Positions 14,474-27,849 of a DNA stretch of 64,000 nucleotides are shown here, one piece after another. Origin of the DNA: Vicugna vicugna (lineage: Eukaryota). Within the stretch, counting starts at the first letter, position 1. Each line of letters begins with the position of its first letter. The DNA lies in NCBI GenBank assembly GCA_013265495.1, contig MU058065.1, positions 7,750,302 to 7,814,301 on the forward strand, read 5' to 3'. A program made the translations under genes and the position numbers. The notes beneath the pieces are model-generated. The model searched no databases, was not told the DNA's origin, and saw only the letters and a list, made by a program, of their open reading frames with translations.

Positions 14474-15031
14474 TGTTGCAGAAAAACGTGTTACAGCTCA
14501 GTTGTGACAGCAACCTGAATCTGGGCGAGAGACCAAGTAGCACTAGGAGTGTTGGAGAACTCAGGTTTATTATGCCAGCGGACCCAGAGAAGTTAACACT
14601 CCAAGCTCTGGACCCTGTCTGTAGGTTTACACAGGCTTTTATAGGCTGCCGGTTTACACTTTGCAACATCATATGCAAATAAGGTATAACAAAAGTTGAC
14701 TAATTAGGAACAAGCTTTATATAAATGGACCAATCAGGAGGGAGAAAAACAACCACTCAGGAGCGAGCTCCATGCAAATGAAGTACTACAAATGGACCAA
14801 TCAGGAGTGAAAGAAAGAATCAATCAGGAGTGAAGGAAATAACCAATCAGGAGTGAGCTTAGGGAACCAATAGAATTTTACGGGTAAGTTTCACTTTCCT
14901 AGAAGTAAGCTCTTTCAGAGACAAAAAGTGAGACAGAGCAGCTGGGCCAGGGAACTGGATGGTGCTGGCAGGAGAGTAGTGGCCCTGCCTGGGGGTCCTG
15001 TTGGTCTTTTTTTATAGGGCTTCCAACCTCA
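14474..15031 (-). mobile_element. Solo LTR, ERV1-like (558 bp)
   Basis: TG...CA termini; 4-bp TSD GAAG at 14470-14473 and 15032-15035; on the minus strand TATAAAA (14637-14643) precedes AATAAA (14566-14571); repeated CCAATCAGGAG in U3 region of the LTR. Confidence 0.88.
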
Positions 15032-16899
15032 GAAGTAACTGGACAGCAAAATTCTATCTTTCTAAGAGATTTTCAGGAATAATTTTGATGACATCCTGTC
15101 AAGCCTGTGTGTCTTGGCCTAAATACTTCTCCCTCACCAGCTGACCCTTGACTAGATTTGCTTGGATCTATTGACTTGGTTAAAGCTCAGAACATCCAGA
15201 AGTTCTTTGGTGAATTATCATTACCTATGGACCAAGTCGGGTGGAGACAACAGATAACAGGCCTTTTGAGAGTGAATAATAGCTAACAGATGGTTTCTGC
15301 TTGGTGTTAATGGAGATATATACTTGATTTGAATGAAGAGTGAGAAGGAGGTTCAGAGTGTTGGAATCATGAAGGTGGGTGGGTCTGTGGCTCCCTGGAA
15401 AGGAGGAGATGGGTGCTGAAAAAGAGAGAGTGTATTCCACCAGAAAAACATGGCTCCAAAGCTTTGCTCGTCTCATTGCTGATTCCAGATTAGCCGTGCC
15501 TCTGGGAGGACCTGGCCAGCTGTCGTCTAGACAGTGTGGGGAGGTCTACTGTTTTCTAGGGGAAGCCCATCAGTCTTAGTTTAGACGTATTGAGACATCT
15601 CCCATTTCCTGGGGGCCTAAGGGAGACAAGAGGACCCTTGGTCTGAGTGTTGTTCTTTGGAAAACCTAAAAGATGGGGTGAATTTAGTGTCTCCATCCCA
15701 GCAACAGGGAGGTGAAAGCCAAGGGCTTAGTAGAGAATGAGAGGTTTTTAGGACTCGCACAGTAGGGCACTTTCAGGAACCCAACACTGTAAGCTTCAGA
15801 CTTAACCAAGTGTCACGATTTCCAGCTAGCTGCCCGCTTCATTTCAGTCCTCTGCTCCTGACTGTCTGGCCTCTTTCTGTGCCCTGATTATCTTTCTTTC
15901 CAATTTCTTCCTACATTTTCTGGATTATCTCCTCTGCCCTTTTACTCCATGCAGCCCGAAACTGCCTGCTCGGGTTTTCATGGTTCTTTCCATTTTCACG
16001 CCCACTTTTTCTGCTGTTGGTCTTGGCTGGGCTCAGAGCTTAAGTTTCTGTAATTTCCTGGCATTTTCCACTGTTTCCTCTGAGGTGTCGTTTTTCCCTC
16101 CGTGCCCTCTACCCTTTTCAGATCTCCTCTTTCTCATCTCTAGCTCCCCCTGCACGAACCAAGTGAGCCATTCAGACTGCAAAGGAGCGAGCAGGGTGTG
16201 GGCACAAGTTAGTGCCCATGGGAGAAGCTGAGTTCCCCCCAGCTGGTGCTTCAGCACACTGGCCAGGAGAGGAATTAGGAAGGAACAGTTCATTTTTTTT
16301 TTAATTTTTAGAAACCAAAAAATAAGGGGAAAACAACAGACAGAAGGGGTAACATTAAGAGGGGAAAGAGAAGATGAGAATGGGAAAAGGGGAAAATAAG
16401 AAAGAATGTAGGCCTAGCGAGTCAAAATTCTCTTAGAAAAGAAAAAAGGTGGGAAAAAAGAGTCATTGGCCTCAGCTTGAGAGTTTATTTTCAAAGCTAA
16501 AATTCAGAGTAGATGCCCCTGTATCCTACTAGGTTGACACAGCTCAGACAGGGTTTTTATTTAATTAATCATATTTGAAATTTGGATTTTCTCTTGCCTC
16601 CCAAGGATGTGAGGGGTATATGCTCCTTTCCGGAGACCTTTAAAAAGTGATGAGACCTCTCTTCGCCTGGGCTGTATTGCCAGGGGGCTTAAGCACTGGG
16701 CTTTCTGGGAGACCCGCCAATGTGCAGAGCCTAAGGGAAGGTGTCAAGACCAGCAGCCTCCCCACTTGCTTAAGAAATCCCCCAAACTGGAGAATGGGTG
16801 CAATATTCTGAGATCAGGAGAACAAAGCAAAGCAAAGCAATCTCTCTCTGGCCCCTATTCGTCCCAATTCTTCCCCAGACAAAAGGTGCATTTCGGGTC

Positions 16900-17353
16900 T
16901 GTACTGGACTAAATAATGCCCCCCCCCACAATTTATGTCCACCCAGACCTATGAATGTGGCCTTATGTGGAAATAGGATCTTGGTAGATGTCGATGTTAA
17001 GATGAGTTCACAGTGGATTTGGGTGGGCCCTAAATCCAGTAGGACTGGTGTCCTTATAAGAGGAGGGAAAATTGGACAAGAAGACACAGACACATAAGGA
17101 AAAGGCCACGTGAAGACAGAGGCAGAGACTGAAGGGGTCCATGAGCATTCAAGACACTGAAGATGCCAGCAACCACCAGAAGCTAAACGAGACGAGGAAG
17201 CATCCTCCATCAACTCCTTGAGGGAGAACACGGCCCCATCAACACCTTGATTTCAGGCTTCTAGCTTCCAGAACTGGGAGAGAACAAGGATCTGTTGTTT
17301 TAGGCAACGTAGTTTGTGGCACTTTGTTATGGCAGCCCTAAGAAAGAAATACG
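16900..17353 (+). mobile_element. MaLR MLT1 (B/C-like) solo LTR
   Basis: gaatgtggccttatgtggaaataggatctt...gggccctaaatccagt...gtggcactttgttatggcagccctaag; possible TSD gggtc/tggtc. Confidence 0.88.
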
Positions 17354-18555
17354 TGGTCCAGTGTCTCAGGAGTGGCCATACTAAGGCCCACAGAGGGGCA
17401 TTAGACTTGCCTGGCCTTCACCTGTGGACAACTTTCTGGCTGCCCCTAGGTCAAAGCCCCTGGAGCCCACCAAGTCATCATTCTTCTCTGGGTCACCCCC
17501 TCCACCAACTGCCTCTTCCCACTGTCTTGCCTTTTTTTAAACATGCGTTTGTGGGGGTTGCCTGCTTGCTGCCTTTTAGTGCTGTGTTTTATTTCTGTTT
17601 CACATAAATATAGAAGCCCACTTGGAGAAGAGCCTGCCTTGGCAAGGAGGCCTTTGGCGGATCTGCCAGTTTTGCGTATCTTTCAAATGAGTTATGAGTG
17701 GATGGGGACTGGGGACTGGACCTCAGCCTCTGCTCCCCTGAGCCTTGTGGTCCTCCCAAGACAATGACCCAGAAATTCTTCTGAAGTCCCTTTCTTTTCC
17801 AGGAACAGAGCAGTCACTCAGCAGAGCGTGGGGAGAAAGGAGAGTATCACACACATCCCTCTAAGCTCTCTACTCCTCACAAAACACTTCACAAACAGCA
17901 ATGGGACATTTTAAGTTGCTGCTCTTTGTTCATAAGCAGATTGTTGGAAAAATCTCCTGGCACAGCCTTGTTTAGGGCTAGTGGTTCATGACTTGAGAAG
18001 AGGCACGTGCCAGACATGTGCTGGGATGTTTTACCAGCAGGTTGTAGAGGATCTACAGGTGAGAGCAGGGGAGAGTCCCAGACACACGTGGGTCTGACCA
18101 ACTGAGATAACAGGACACTGCCTTGAGAGTATAATGAAACAGATTTCCTCCCCCGACAACGGCCACTATGCTTTCAGTCTCCCAAGCAATCAGAAAACTC
18201 TTTCTTCTATGAGTAATAGTAGAGCTGGAAATTACTAGTAATCTTTCTGTGCTCCAGGCCCAGACTTCTAGAACAGCAGGGCTAGGAAACACCTGTGGAT
18301 CCCCGAGGGGCAGGCAGCTCCAAACTAGGGTGCGTGCACTTCAGGGCTTGAACAAGACTACCCACTGGTTTGGGGAAGAAAATATTGAAACTTCCAGCTA
18401 TATTCATTTTGTCCTTAGAAGTCTTTTTTAGACTTTATTAATAGTTAACACAAGGATTGACAATGGTGAAGGCACACAATTTACCAATATGCATATATGA
18501 CAGCAGTAAAGGTATGCATTTATCAATATGCATATATGCATTCACTAAAATTAAA

Positions 18556-18684
18556 TTGGGAGTTCGGGATTTTCAGATACTAACTATATATAAAATAGAT
18601 AAACAGCAAGGTCCTACTGTTATAGCACAGGGAACTATATTCAATACCTTATAATAGTCTATAGGAAAAAGAATAGGAAAAGGG

Positions 18685-18730
<46 letters not shown>

Positions 18731-18803
18731 GAATCACTGTGCTGTACACCAGAAATTACTGTAAACTGACTATACTTCAATTTTTAAAAATTTTTTAAAT
18801 AAA
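18556..18803 (+). mobile_element. Short L1 3'UTR insertion
   Basis: aaaatagataaacagcaaggtcctactgttatagcacagggaactatattcaatac...tatacttcaa; TSD AAAGGTATGC at 18508-18517 and 18804-18813. Confidence 0.85.
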
Positions 18804-19129
18804 AAAGGTATGCTTTTCCAGGTAGAGCTGGTATTTAAAACAAAAAAATAAATAAAATTAAATTAAATTTGATTATGCCCCCTGATCAGTAAAAGCTTGA
18901 GAGTCCGCTGTTCTAGTCCAGAGATTTTTCAAAGTCTGTGCTGGGCTTGGGAGCAGGGGGTGGGTGCATATAAGAAGGGAGAGAATGTCTTGGGTAAGTG
19001 AGGTGTCTACTTAATCCCCTCTGGGCCTCATCAGGTTATTCAGCTCTGCTTTTATATGCTCTGCACTCTGAACTTCTGCATTATGATTTGTTTGATGAAA
19101 GAGTATCACTAAAAAAAAAATTGTACAAG

Positions 19130-19285
19130 AGGACTGACCTATTTCAACTCCCTTATTTTTCAGATGGGAAAACTAAGGCCTAGAGGAAAAGCGATTGCCC
19201 CAAGAAACACAAGTTATTAGGACCAACACCAAAGCTACAATTCCCTTTCTTGACTCTTAGTTCATTGTGTTCTCTGACTGAGCCA
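19130..19285 (-). mobile_element. MIR SINE
   Basis: ttattttcagatgggaaaactaaggcctagagg...ttgccccaag. Confidence 0.7.
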
Positions 19286-20777
19286 TGCATTCTCCAGAAC
19301 ATGCACTCTGGATGATCCTACATAAAGAAGCCAAGCCAGAAGGAAAGGCAGCAGGGAAGGTGGGGTTGCTCCACCAGCAATGATCTGGACTCCCAGAAAG
19401 AAGCCTTGGCCACTAGGGATCTTCAAACTTAACTTCATTGCCTGCCCAGAACACTTCCTGAGAGGTAAGGGTGCCTGGACGCCCTCTCAACTAACAAGCT
19501 GTCTCGCTCGACCACTGGGTCCTAATAACTTTCTCTGTGGCTTCTCAGAAGAAGCTCCTCATGTTCCTGAAGTTCTGGAATGTGTTGTGAACACGTAAAT
19601 TAGGAGATCCTCAGAGGACTTCATTGATGTGCCAATCATAAACAGGGAAAGCATTCAGTCTTTCTCTGATTTTGGGCTACAGTAATCACATAAAGTAATT
19701 TGTTTCCCTTTAAAATCATTAAATCTCATCTATGCTGATCTTTCCTCTCATTTTCTAGACTCTCACACACCTGTTGCTACCAGTCCACTGCTTTCAAGTA
19801 TTCCCAAATCCTTTATGTTTTTAAGGAGTTTAATATGGACAAGACTTTTGGGTAATAAAAAAAAAGGCAACAAGTGGTATGCCTTTAAGGAAGATATTTT
19901 ACAGATTAATAGAAAAAAACACAAAGACACAAAGAATAAAACTAGCAATTTAGACCAATATACTACTGCTACTGAGTGGGTACTATAAAACTGGAGAATT
20001 CTTCCTTTCACATAAGGACTCCCAGAGGGTAGGGATTATGTCTTAAAGTTATATGCCAAGAGCTTGGCAAATAGTAAATGCTTAATGAATGTGTGCAGCA
20101 AGTGAATATTAATTCAGCAAAAACTGAACAAATGAATAAATGAATTCTTAAACAAATGGACACATAAATGAGAAGAAAGGAGAGTTACGTTGAAGGATCC
20201 AGGATGCCTCATTGTTCAGGAAGGCTTGAGGTGTCTAGAATCGAAGGGGAAGGAGAGAGCACGTTTCGGGTGGTGGAAAGACTGGTACGGAACTAGAGAA
20301 CCACTCTGCTGGTGTTGGATGCTAGCAGACTTGTAAGTTAGCAAATTGGGCCGGATTGATAGGCTGAAATGCAAAACTAAGAAGCATGTTTGCGCCTACA
20401 AAGATGAATTACTAGAGGTCATTAAGCAAGAGAAAGATGGTAACAAAAGCCATGTCTTAGGAAGGTGAGTTGGAGGTGATGTGGATGGTGGATTAAAGAA
20501 GGGAGAAAGGAATAATGCATCCCCTTCCTTTTAAATCCTCTCCCTCCATTAGAACATATCTCCCTGCTCTTCAGCGTGACTCAGGCCTAAGACCCAAGGC
20601 ACACTGAGAACAGTGCCTAAAATGCTGCCCTCATTTCTCTGCCACCTATCCAAGGGCCATCTTCCCTTTCTCTATAGGTTTTCTGTGTGGCTCTGTATGA
20701 CATAGTAGCTAGATCTTCCTACTAAAACCAATCAATTCAATTTTCAGAATAGTGATATTAGCTCAAGATTCTACTTT

Positions 20778-20920
20778 GTCTTTTGGGGGGAAGGTAATTA
20801 GGTTTATATATTTATTTATTTATTTATTTATTTGTATTTTTAATAGAAGTACTGGGGATTGAACCCAGGACCTCGTGTATGCTAAGCATGCACTCTACCA
20901 CTGAGCTATACTTTCCCCCC
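20778..20920 (-). mobile_element. tRNA-Ala-derived SINE (camelid vic-1-like)
   Basis: Reverse complement GGGGGGAAAGTATAGCTCAGTGGTAGAGTGCATGCTTAGCATACACGAGGTCCTGGGTTCAATCCCCAG contains Pol III A and B boxes and an AGC anticodon-like loop; (TAAA)n tail; TSD caagattctacttt (20764-20777) / caaaattctacttt (20923-20936). Confidence 0.9.
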
Positions 20921-21949
20921 AACAAAATTCTACTTTTTCAACCAACTTGCCTTCAAATCAAATCATCTCTAACAATTGACTTTTGCTAATACAATCTTGG
21001 AAAAACAACCTGGACCTTTCCTCTTCATTTGCTCTGCCTTCGGTGTCATTGTCCAGCTCTGTTTCCATTTTGGTTGCTCCTTCCTATCACTACTTTCTAC
21101 CTTCTCGTTTCTTCTACTTTGCTCAGAAATGTGCCTTCTCTTTAGACTCGAGCAATAATATGCACATTGAGCAATAGCAAAGCAACGTTCCTTAAACCAA
21201 CAGTCTCAAATCCCACTGGGAGTCCTTTTGGATCTGTCAGAAAATCCTGGTCCAGAAACATGAATTATTGCTACTATTTTCCCAAGGTCTCTGAGCAACT
21301 TGAACTGAATCTAAGGCTTCTGAACATACCCCTTTTCTCCAAAATAATGTTCTATGAGGGCACATATACACACCAGAAGGAACCTGTCCAAAAATATCTA
21401 TTTAACTTGGCCACTCTGCCCATATCTTTCATCTATTTTTATTAATAGAGACAAATATTTCTCTCTTTTTTTTTTTGCCTGATACCATGCTAAATCAGGA
21501 GACCTGTGCCAACAGTATCATTGTCCTTGCAGCACTAATTATTTCTGTGTAGTCTTTGGATATCAGCTATAGTATTTTGTGCTGAGAGTGATGTATATAT
21601 AAGAAGCTACTTTTTGGATTTAGGAGGTCATCTAACTCAAGGACAATCAGACTTTGAGTATCTGGAAGGCAGGAGCCATGTCATATTTCATTTTTGTAGT
21701 ATGAGGGCTTAACATAAGCTATGGGCTCAATAAATGTCTATTAAATAAATGTATTAACTGACGAATTATTCCAAAATATAGCTCATTTAACTCCAGTTGT
21801 TTTAACTATTCCAGGTCTTTCCAAGTTTAATCCATGCCACTCGAAGTCAATTCTTATGGCTATAGCCTTATTCAAAAATACACTCTTTTCTGTATTTTTG
21901 TTTTGAAATTCTATTATTCTTCTCATAGTATATCACTAACTCTCCCTCC

Positions 21950-22570
21950 ACTGCATGGCAGGATAATCACTAATTCTTGGTCACTCTTTCCATTAAAAGG
22001 TGGGATGTATTTTCTGTCCCCTTAAATCCAGGATAGTCAGTGGCTGATGCACAGAGTAAAGCTGAAGTGACACTATAGCAGTTCAGGCATCATCTTTAAA
22101 AGGACTGGTAGCTTCTGCCTTGTCCTCTTGGGGCCCTAAACTGATATCTAACAGCCACACTGGAGATACCTGGAGCCCAGAGGAGCCCAGCCTTCTAACT
22201 GCCCCCATCAAGGTGCTGGGCATGTAAGGGAAGCCAACCTGGACCCTTCAAACAACAGAGCCACTATTCTGTGAAAAGCTCATGCAACACGAGCCAGCTG
22301 TTCAGGGACAGTCCCTTTGACAGCCCCATCTCAGCTCCGAGCCAATAATCAGCATCAATTGGCAGCCAAATGAGTGCACCATTTTGGATGATCAGCTCAC
22401 TCCAACCTTCAGATACTTGTACCCCAGACAATATCTGAGAGAGCCCAAACAAGAAGTACCTAGCTGAGCCCAGTTCATCTGCAGAACTGTGAACTGTAAT
22501 GATAAATTATTGTTTTAAGCCATAAAGTTTTGAGGTAGTTTGTTAAACAGGAGTAAATAACTAGAATACA
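21950..22570 (+). mobile_element. MaLR MLT1 (F-I-like) solo LTR
   Basis: 3' end ttattgttttaagccataaagttttgaggtagtttgtta...taactagaataca; gccattttggatg...ccaaccttcagat motifs. Confidence 0.8.
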
Positions 22571-23374
22571 CTGCTATGCAAATGGGGGGGATGGTGTGTT
22601 GGCCTTTTCCACAATACCTCACAGAAGGCTTTGCCCTCAGCTGAGGGAGTATAGAGCATCTCACTTTACAAACAGGAGGGCCAAAAATAAATAGGACCTC
22701 CGCTTTATAAGGGCTGTGAATAACTTCAGGTCAGCATGGATGCCATGTGTCTGCCACCTGCCTTCGTGGTATCCTAGCACTGGGAGAGACCGTGAACAGC
22801 CACCTAATCCATCCCCCTGCCTCCTAATACAACGACTCCTTAAAATAAATCATGCCAGAGAACTCTGCTGGGTTTTTTTTTTTTCTTCTTCTTCTTCTTT
22901 TTTAATCCCAAGGAAAGGAGATCTCGCAGCTACCTTTGGCAATGCACTCCAGCAGCTCGTAAATCTTAATTAGAGCATTCTAACAGATGTTTCACCTCAT
23001 TTCCTCCAAATGCAGCTTCAACCCTTTCTTCTTGCTTTTTCATCTTGTCCTTTGCCTTTATTTTCCTAAATTTTGAGGAGCTGTGAGGAAAGTATTGCTC
23101 ACAAACTCCTCTTTATTTTTCTTTCATAGATGTTAAGGGATTCATCACTTCTTTCCTCTTTGGAAGCTGGGATGTTGTCACTCAGAGACACCTCAGTTCT
23201 CCGATCAGAAAAACGCAAAATAAAACCACCTGCCCTGCTTACTTGAATGAGTTGATGAAAAGATCAAAATTGGAGTGACTATAGGAAAGTATTTCATAGG
23301 CTTTAAGGCATACTATAAATTCATGGCATCCTGAGTTGAATTGGCTACTTGTTGAAGAAATCTCACAGAGAAAG

Positions 23375-23582
23375 TAAATTAGTTGTTGCATAGGGCTAGG
23401 GGGATGGGAGGACTGAGGACTGCTGGCTAAAGGGAACTACATTTTGGGGGGATAATGAAATGTCCTAAAATTGTTATGATACAAAACTCTGTGGATATAT
23501 GAAAAGCCACCAAATTGTACACTTGAAATGGGACAATGATATGCTATATGAATTATATCTTAATAAAGCTCTTTAAAAAAAA
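23375..23582 (+). mobile_element. L1M 3' end fragment
   Basis: ttagttgttgcatagggctagggg...aattgtacacttgaaatggg...gaattatatcttaataaagct. Confidence 0.8.
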
Positions 23583-25964
23583 TCTCATATAACTCCATAT
23601 CTTTCATGGATTCACATTAGTCTTTCTTCCTGGGGCCTTCTGTCATTTGTCATTCACTGAACCCCATTAGTCATGTCCCTGGTCTTCCATCTCCAACACT
23701 TGGACCATTTTAGTGCTGGGGTCTCTCCATGAAGACTTGTTCTCTCCCAAGAGCAGAAAACAAGAGAAGAAATGGACCTATGTCAAGTGAACAACAAACA
23801 TAGACAAGACAAAATAAGGTGAGTAGAGTCTGAGATATAGCATGATGAAGTGGATTGTAGTCTCTAGAAAAGGCTGCTGAAATAGGAACTAGAAAGATAC
23901 TTAGTTGATGAAGGCTTGCAGATCTTACAACTGGGTCACAGAGCTTGGAAATGAGAGACAATGAGCCCATCTTTGTCTCAACTTTAAAGACATCTTCCCT
24001 CCCCCCTCCTCCCCTTGCCTCTTTTCATCTCCTGGCATGCTGGGGAGCAAGGAGAAAGCGATTTGAGGATACAGCTCACAGCTTGCCTCAATTTCCTCCC
24101 CCAGCGTCCCAGGTCTGTCTTGTTCTATAGAGAACCTTCTCTGAGGCAGCCATGAGAAATGGGTGAGAGAGAGGAAGGCCAGGAGGGCAGTAAGGCCTCT
24201 GAGAATCAAGAGAACCCTTAGGTCACCGATAGACTCTAGCCAAAGAGCTGCCCCTCCCCAGTCCCCAGCCTGGTGCTTCCAAGTCCCTGAAAAAGATGGA
24301 GTCCTCCTTAGGGATGCCCTTCAGATGGACCCCAAGTCCATGGGACCCAAGCTGACATGCCCTTTTAGGGAGTCTCAGCCTTTCTTAGAACACAATCTGG
24401 GCTAGGATCAGCACTTCACAAACTACATAAAAGAAAAATAAATCTCACTCATGGGGCACACATAGGGCAGTGGTATCACTCATGCTAGCTCATGACAGCC
24501 AATACCCTGACCATCAGCCCCTCCCCAGCATCCCCTTCCTCCCCCGCCTGCCACTCTCAGCTCCCATCCAGATCCTCATCCTGCCAGCACAAAATCAACA
24601 GAACGGGTTTTGGACAGCTGGAATAATCATCATCCCTCACTTGATGTCTCTGATTCCTGCAGAGCCTGCCCTGTGCCCTCTCCCTCCCACCCTCCAGTGG
24701 CCTCGCACTCAATTCGTCCTTCTCTTGGCACCAACAGCTATTTTCCACCACCCTGCCTGGCTTACATCCAACCCACCTCCCCAAGGGGGTTTCACTCCCC
24801 ACTTCATCTGTCTCCTTCGTGCTTCTCCTGCTGGAACTGGATCATCCAGCTCTATTTCTGGATTCTTTCCACTGCTCTTTCTTGGACTAGACAGATTGCT
24901 TCTTCTACCTGCATTGCATCTTCCTGGCCTCTAATAAGCATCTCTAAAATTCTCCAATGGCAGGTATAGAACTGCAGTCAGTAGCTATGTTCTTTTTTCT
25001 CCAGTGGATTCTTCCTTCTCTTTCTTCTCTGCCCTGCCACAGAAGCATAGAGTTTTGGTGAAACAATGGCTTTGTTACCACTTCCCATGCCTAAAAAAGG
25101 TCCTTGGGCCCTCTCTGTAATGCCACTGTCATTAGGAAGAAAGGGGGATTAATTCTTCTCTTCACTGGACAGAACCCTGTTTCCACAGCCTTCTAATTCA
25201 CCCTTTCATGGATTTTCCATTCCCATCCTCTCCCTTGATTCATACACAGATAGGACAAGCATACTGCTAACTTCTACTACTGTAGTTAATGTTCATTCAT
25301 ATTATTTGGCACTAAAACTTCTCATAATGCTAGCCATTGTGGGCTACTGGCCCATTTCTATCTTTGAGTGCCTCTGTAGCATAGGGCAGAGTCCTCTTTT
25401 TCCAAACCTGGGAATGCCAGTTCTTCTGTCTTGGGACTTCTGTTCTCCATTGGTCTTGTGTACTCTTCTCTTGCTATATTCTGTTTTTGAGAAGGCTGTG
25501 CTCCATTCTGCCTATGCTGGGCCTTCAATCACTCAAATTCCCACTTCTAAGAGCCATGGGAATCACCTTTCCTCAACATTCCCTTATGGAAACTCAAAAT
25601 TGTTTTGCCTTCCCAAAATGACATCTTTGGCTCTCCTTTCACTTTTGAAAATAGTTATCCCACATTTACAACTGCAGATGTATATATTTGACCGAGAAAC
25701 AGAAGGTACAGGTTCTACTACTAGCCCCACTACAAACCAGGTGCGTAATATTGAGCAAACGGAATCACTTCACTGAGATATATTTCCTGCAATCATAAAT
25801 TTAGTAGGCTGAATTAGATTATCAAAGGGTCTTATAAACTCTAATTTTCTGTTATCCTTATATGACTTCTTCAAGAGTATTTAATATATTCTTAGAAATT
25901 ATTTTTGAAAATAACCTTGAAAAGAAGAATTATGATAGACCTTGCTTTTTCTTTCAACATAGAA

Positions 25965-26175
25965 ATTCTTTTAGCCTGAATGGGGTTCAATTCCTGGATC
26001 TTACAGCCCCTGCCTGTGTGGACTTGGGCAAGTACTTAACACTCTTCAAATCTAAGGTGTCACACCTGTAAAATGAGTATAGTATTAGCACTTCTGTAAT
26101 CAGGTTATAATGTATGTAAAGCACCTAGCATGATGACTGGCACATAGTGAGTGCTCAATAAATGTTAATTATCAT
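25965..26175 (+). mobile_element. MIR SINE
   Basis: gggttcaattcctgg...tgtgtggacttgggcaagtacttaac...ctgtaaaatg...ggcacatagtgagtgctcaataaatgtta. Confidence 0.88.
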
Positions 26176-26519
26176 TAGTGCATTTACCATTCATTTTAAT
26201 TTCTTGAATGAGTCCTATTAAACTAAACTAAAAACATTTCTGTAATAACCAATTTGGTCATGATTGTAAGAGCTAGTATGTTGAGCAACAGAAGTCTAAT
26301 TCTATTGTCTGAGTCTACTTGGATAGTTCCCATCCCCAAACTAGGGTTGCAAATGACACCATCAAGGTTGGATACATTCACAGATGGATATGTGCCTTTG
26401 CCACATTCTCAAACTAAATATTAATGAGTTTGAGATTACCTGTCAAACCTATATTTCCTACACTTACTGTGGACAACCAAGAACTCACCATCTGTACGTA
26501 ATTAAAATTTTTCTTGTAT

Positions 26520-27070
26520 TTATAGTTTACTTTGAATTCTTTGTGTATATAAAAGGAACTCCTGGAAATCAACACAAAGAGAAAGACAGAATGTCCAACA
26601 GAAAAACGGGCAAACGATGTGGACAGGCAATCACAGAAGAAGAAACTCAATTGGCTAAACAATTAAGGGACAAACTCATTTGTAACTGAGACACGTAAAT
26701 AAAATAACAATAAAGTATAATTTTACATTCTTCAAATTGACAGACATCAGGAAATTGGATGAATTAAGGTGTTTGTGAAGAAAGGGGGACAAAGGCATCT
26801 TTACACACTCTGATGAGAGTGTAGGTTAATGTAGTCATTATAAAGCAGAGTCTGGTAATACTCAACCAAATCAAGTTTATTTTTAAATATTCTCTATGAT
26901 CAGTATTTACACTCTTGAGTGATATGGTAGAGAAATTCTTTACAGAATTTTAGTAAAAATCTGTGAAATGATTTCACTAGAGTATTGCTTTTTTATAGTA
27001 GGGAATTAGAAGCAATTTAGGTGTCCATTCTTAACATGGCAGATGCACACTAGATACTTAGTGCAGCCCA
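26520..27070 (+). mobile_element. Ancient L1 ORF2 3' fragment
   Basis: aaaggaactcctggaaatcaac...agaaaaacgggcaaacgatgtggacaggcaatcacagaagaagaaa. Confidence 0.7.
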
Positions 27071-27531
27071 TGAGAACCACAGCAGAGCACCAATACATGC
27101 CTTTAGACCCCTATCTCCACTCACAAAGAATCGTGAAAAAAATTATTTTTTTCTTATTACAAACATAACACATGCCTACTGGAGATACTTTTTTAAATCA
27201 TATAAAGACTACAATAAAAGAAAAAAGTCATTTTTAATTCTACCACACAGATATGTATAACTACAAGTGACATTTTGATGTATACATGCCCAGAATTTTT
27301 TTCTAGGCAATTATACATACATAACTACCTAGCATACTTAATTTGGAGCATACTGTCACTCCACTGTGTAATTTTCTTTTGTCATACAACAATATATTTT
27401 GAACAGCCTTCTATCCCACTGTATCCACCAGGAACCCAACAGGAAACAGATGGCACGCTAGAAATAGGATGAGTCCAGAAGGGTTTATTCACAAAAGCTT
27501 GTGTACAAAAGTGGGAAGGATGGGTATAGGC

Positions 27532-27661
27532 AAGGTGACTATGCATCTAGGTTTGCCTAGGATAATCCTGGGATCTATCTGTTGTCTTAGCTTTATATCC
27601 AGTATGACATTTCCCAGATTCTCCACTTTTTAATAAAGTCTTATTATACATGGTTGCACTA
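27532..27661 (+). mobile_element. MER94-like hAT-Blackjack MITE
   Basis: Starts aaggtgactatgcatctaggtttgcctaggataatcctgg and ends atggttgcacta (degenerate AGGGTGACCAT terminal inverted repeats). Confidence 0.55.
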
Positions 27662-27849
27662 AAATCAGTGGAGTGAGTTTGGAAAACTCTTTTATCCATT
27701 CAGCATCTGCCATGTCATCTAGTCATACGTAAGATGTGTGTGCATTGAACATGTGGTTAGATCTGGAAGACTACCTGTGATAACTTTTTCTCTACCATTC
27801 CAAACCTAATGTGATTAATGCCTCCTTTCCAAGGAAACTATTCCAGGTT

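Noticed and set aside
14730..14875. CRISPR-like spaced repeats (CCAATCAGGAG)
   Set aside because: The units are only 11 bp, irregularly spaced, and lie inside a mammalian LTR; they are enhancer repeats.
20845..20920. tRNA-Ala gene
   Set aside because: It has an AT-rich tail, a TSD and related dispersed copies in the window, so it is a SINE.
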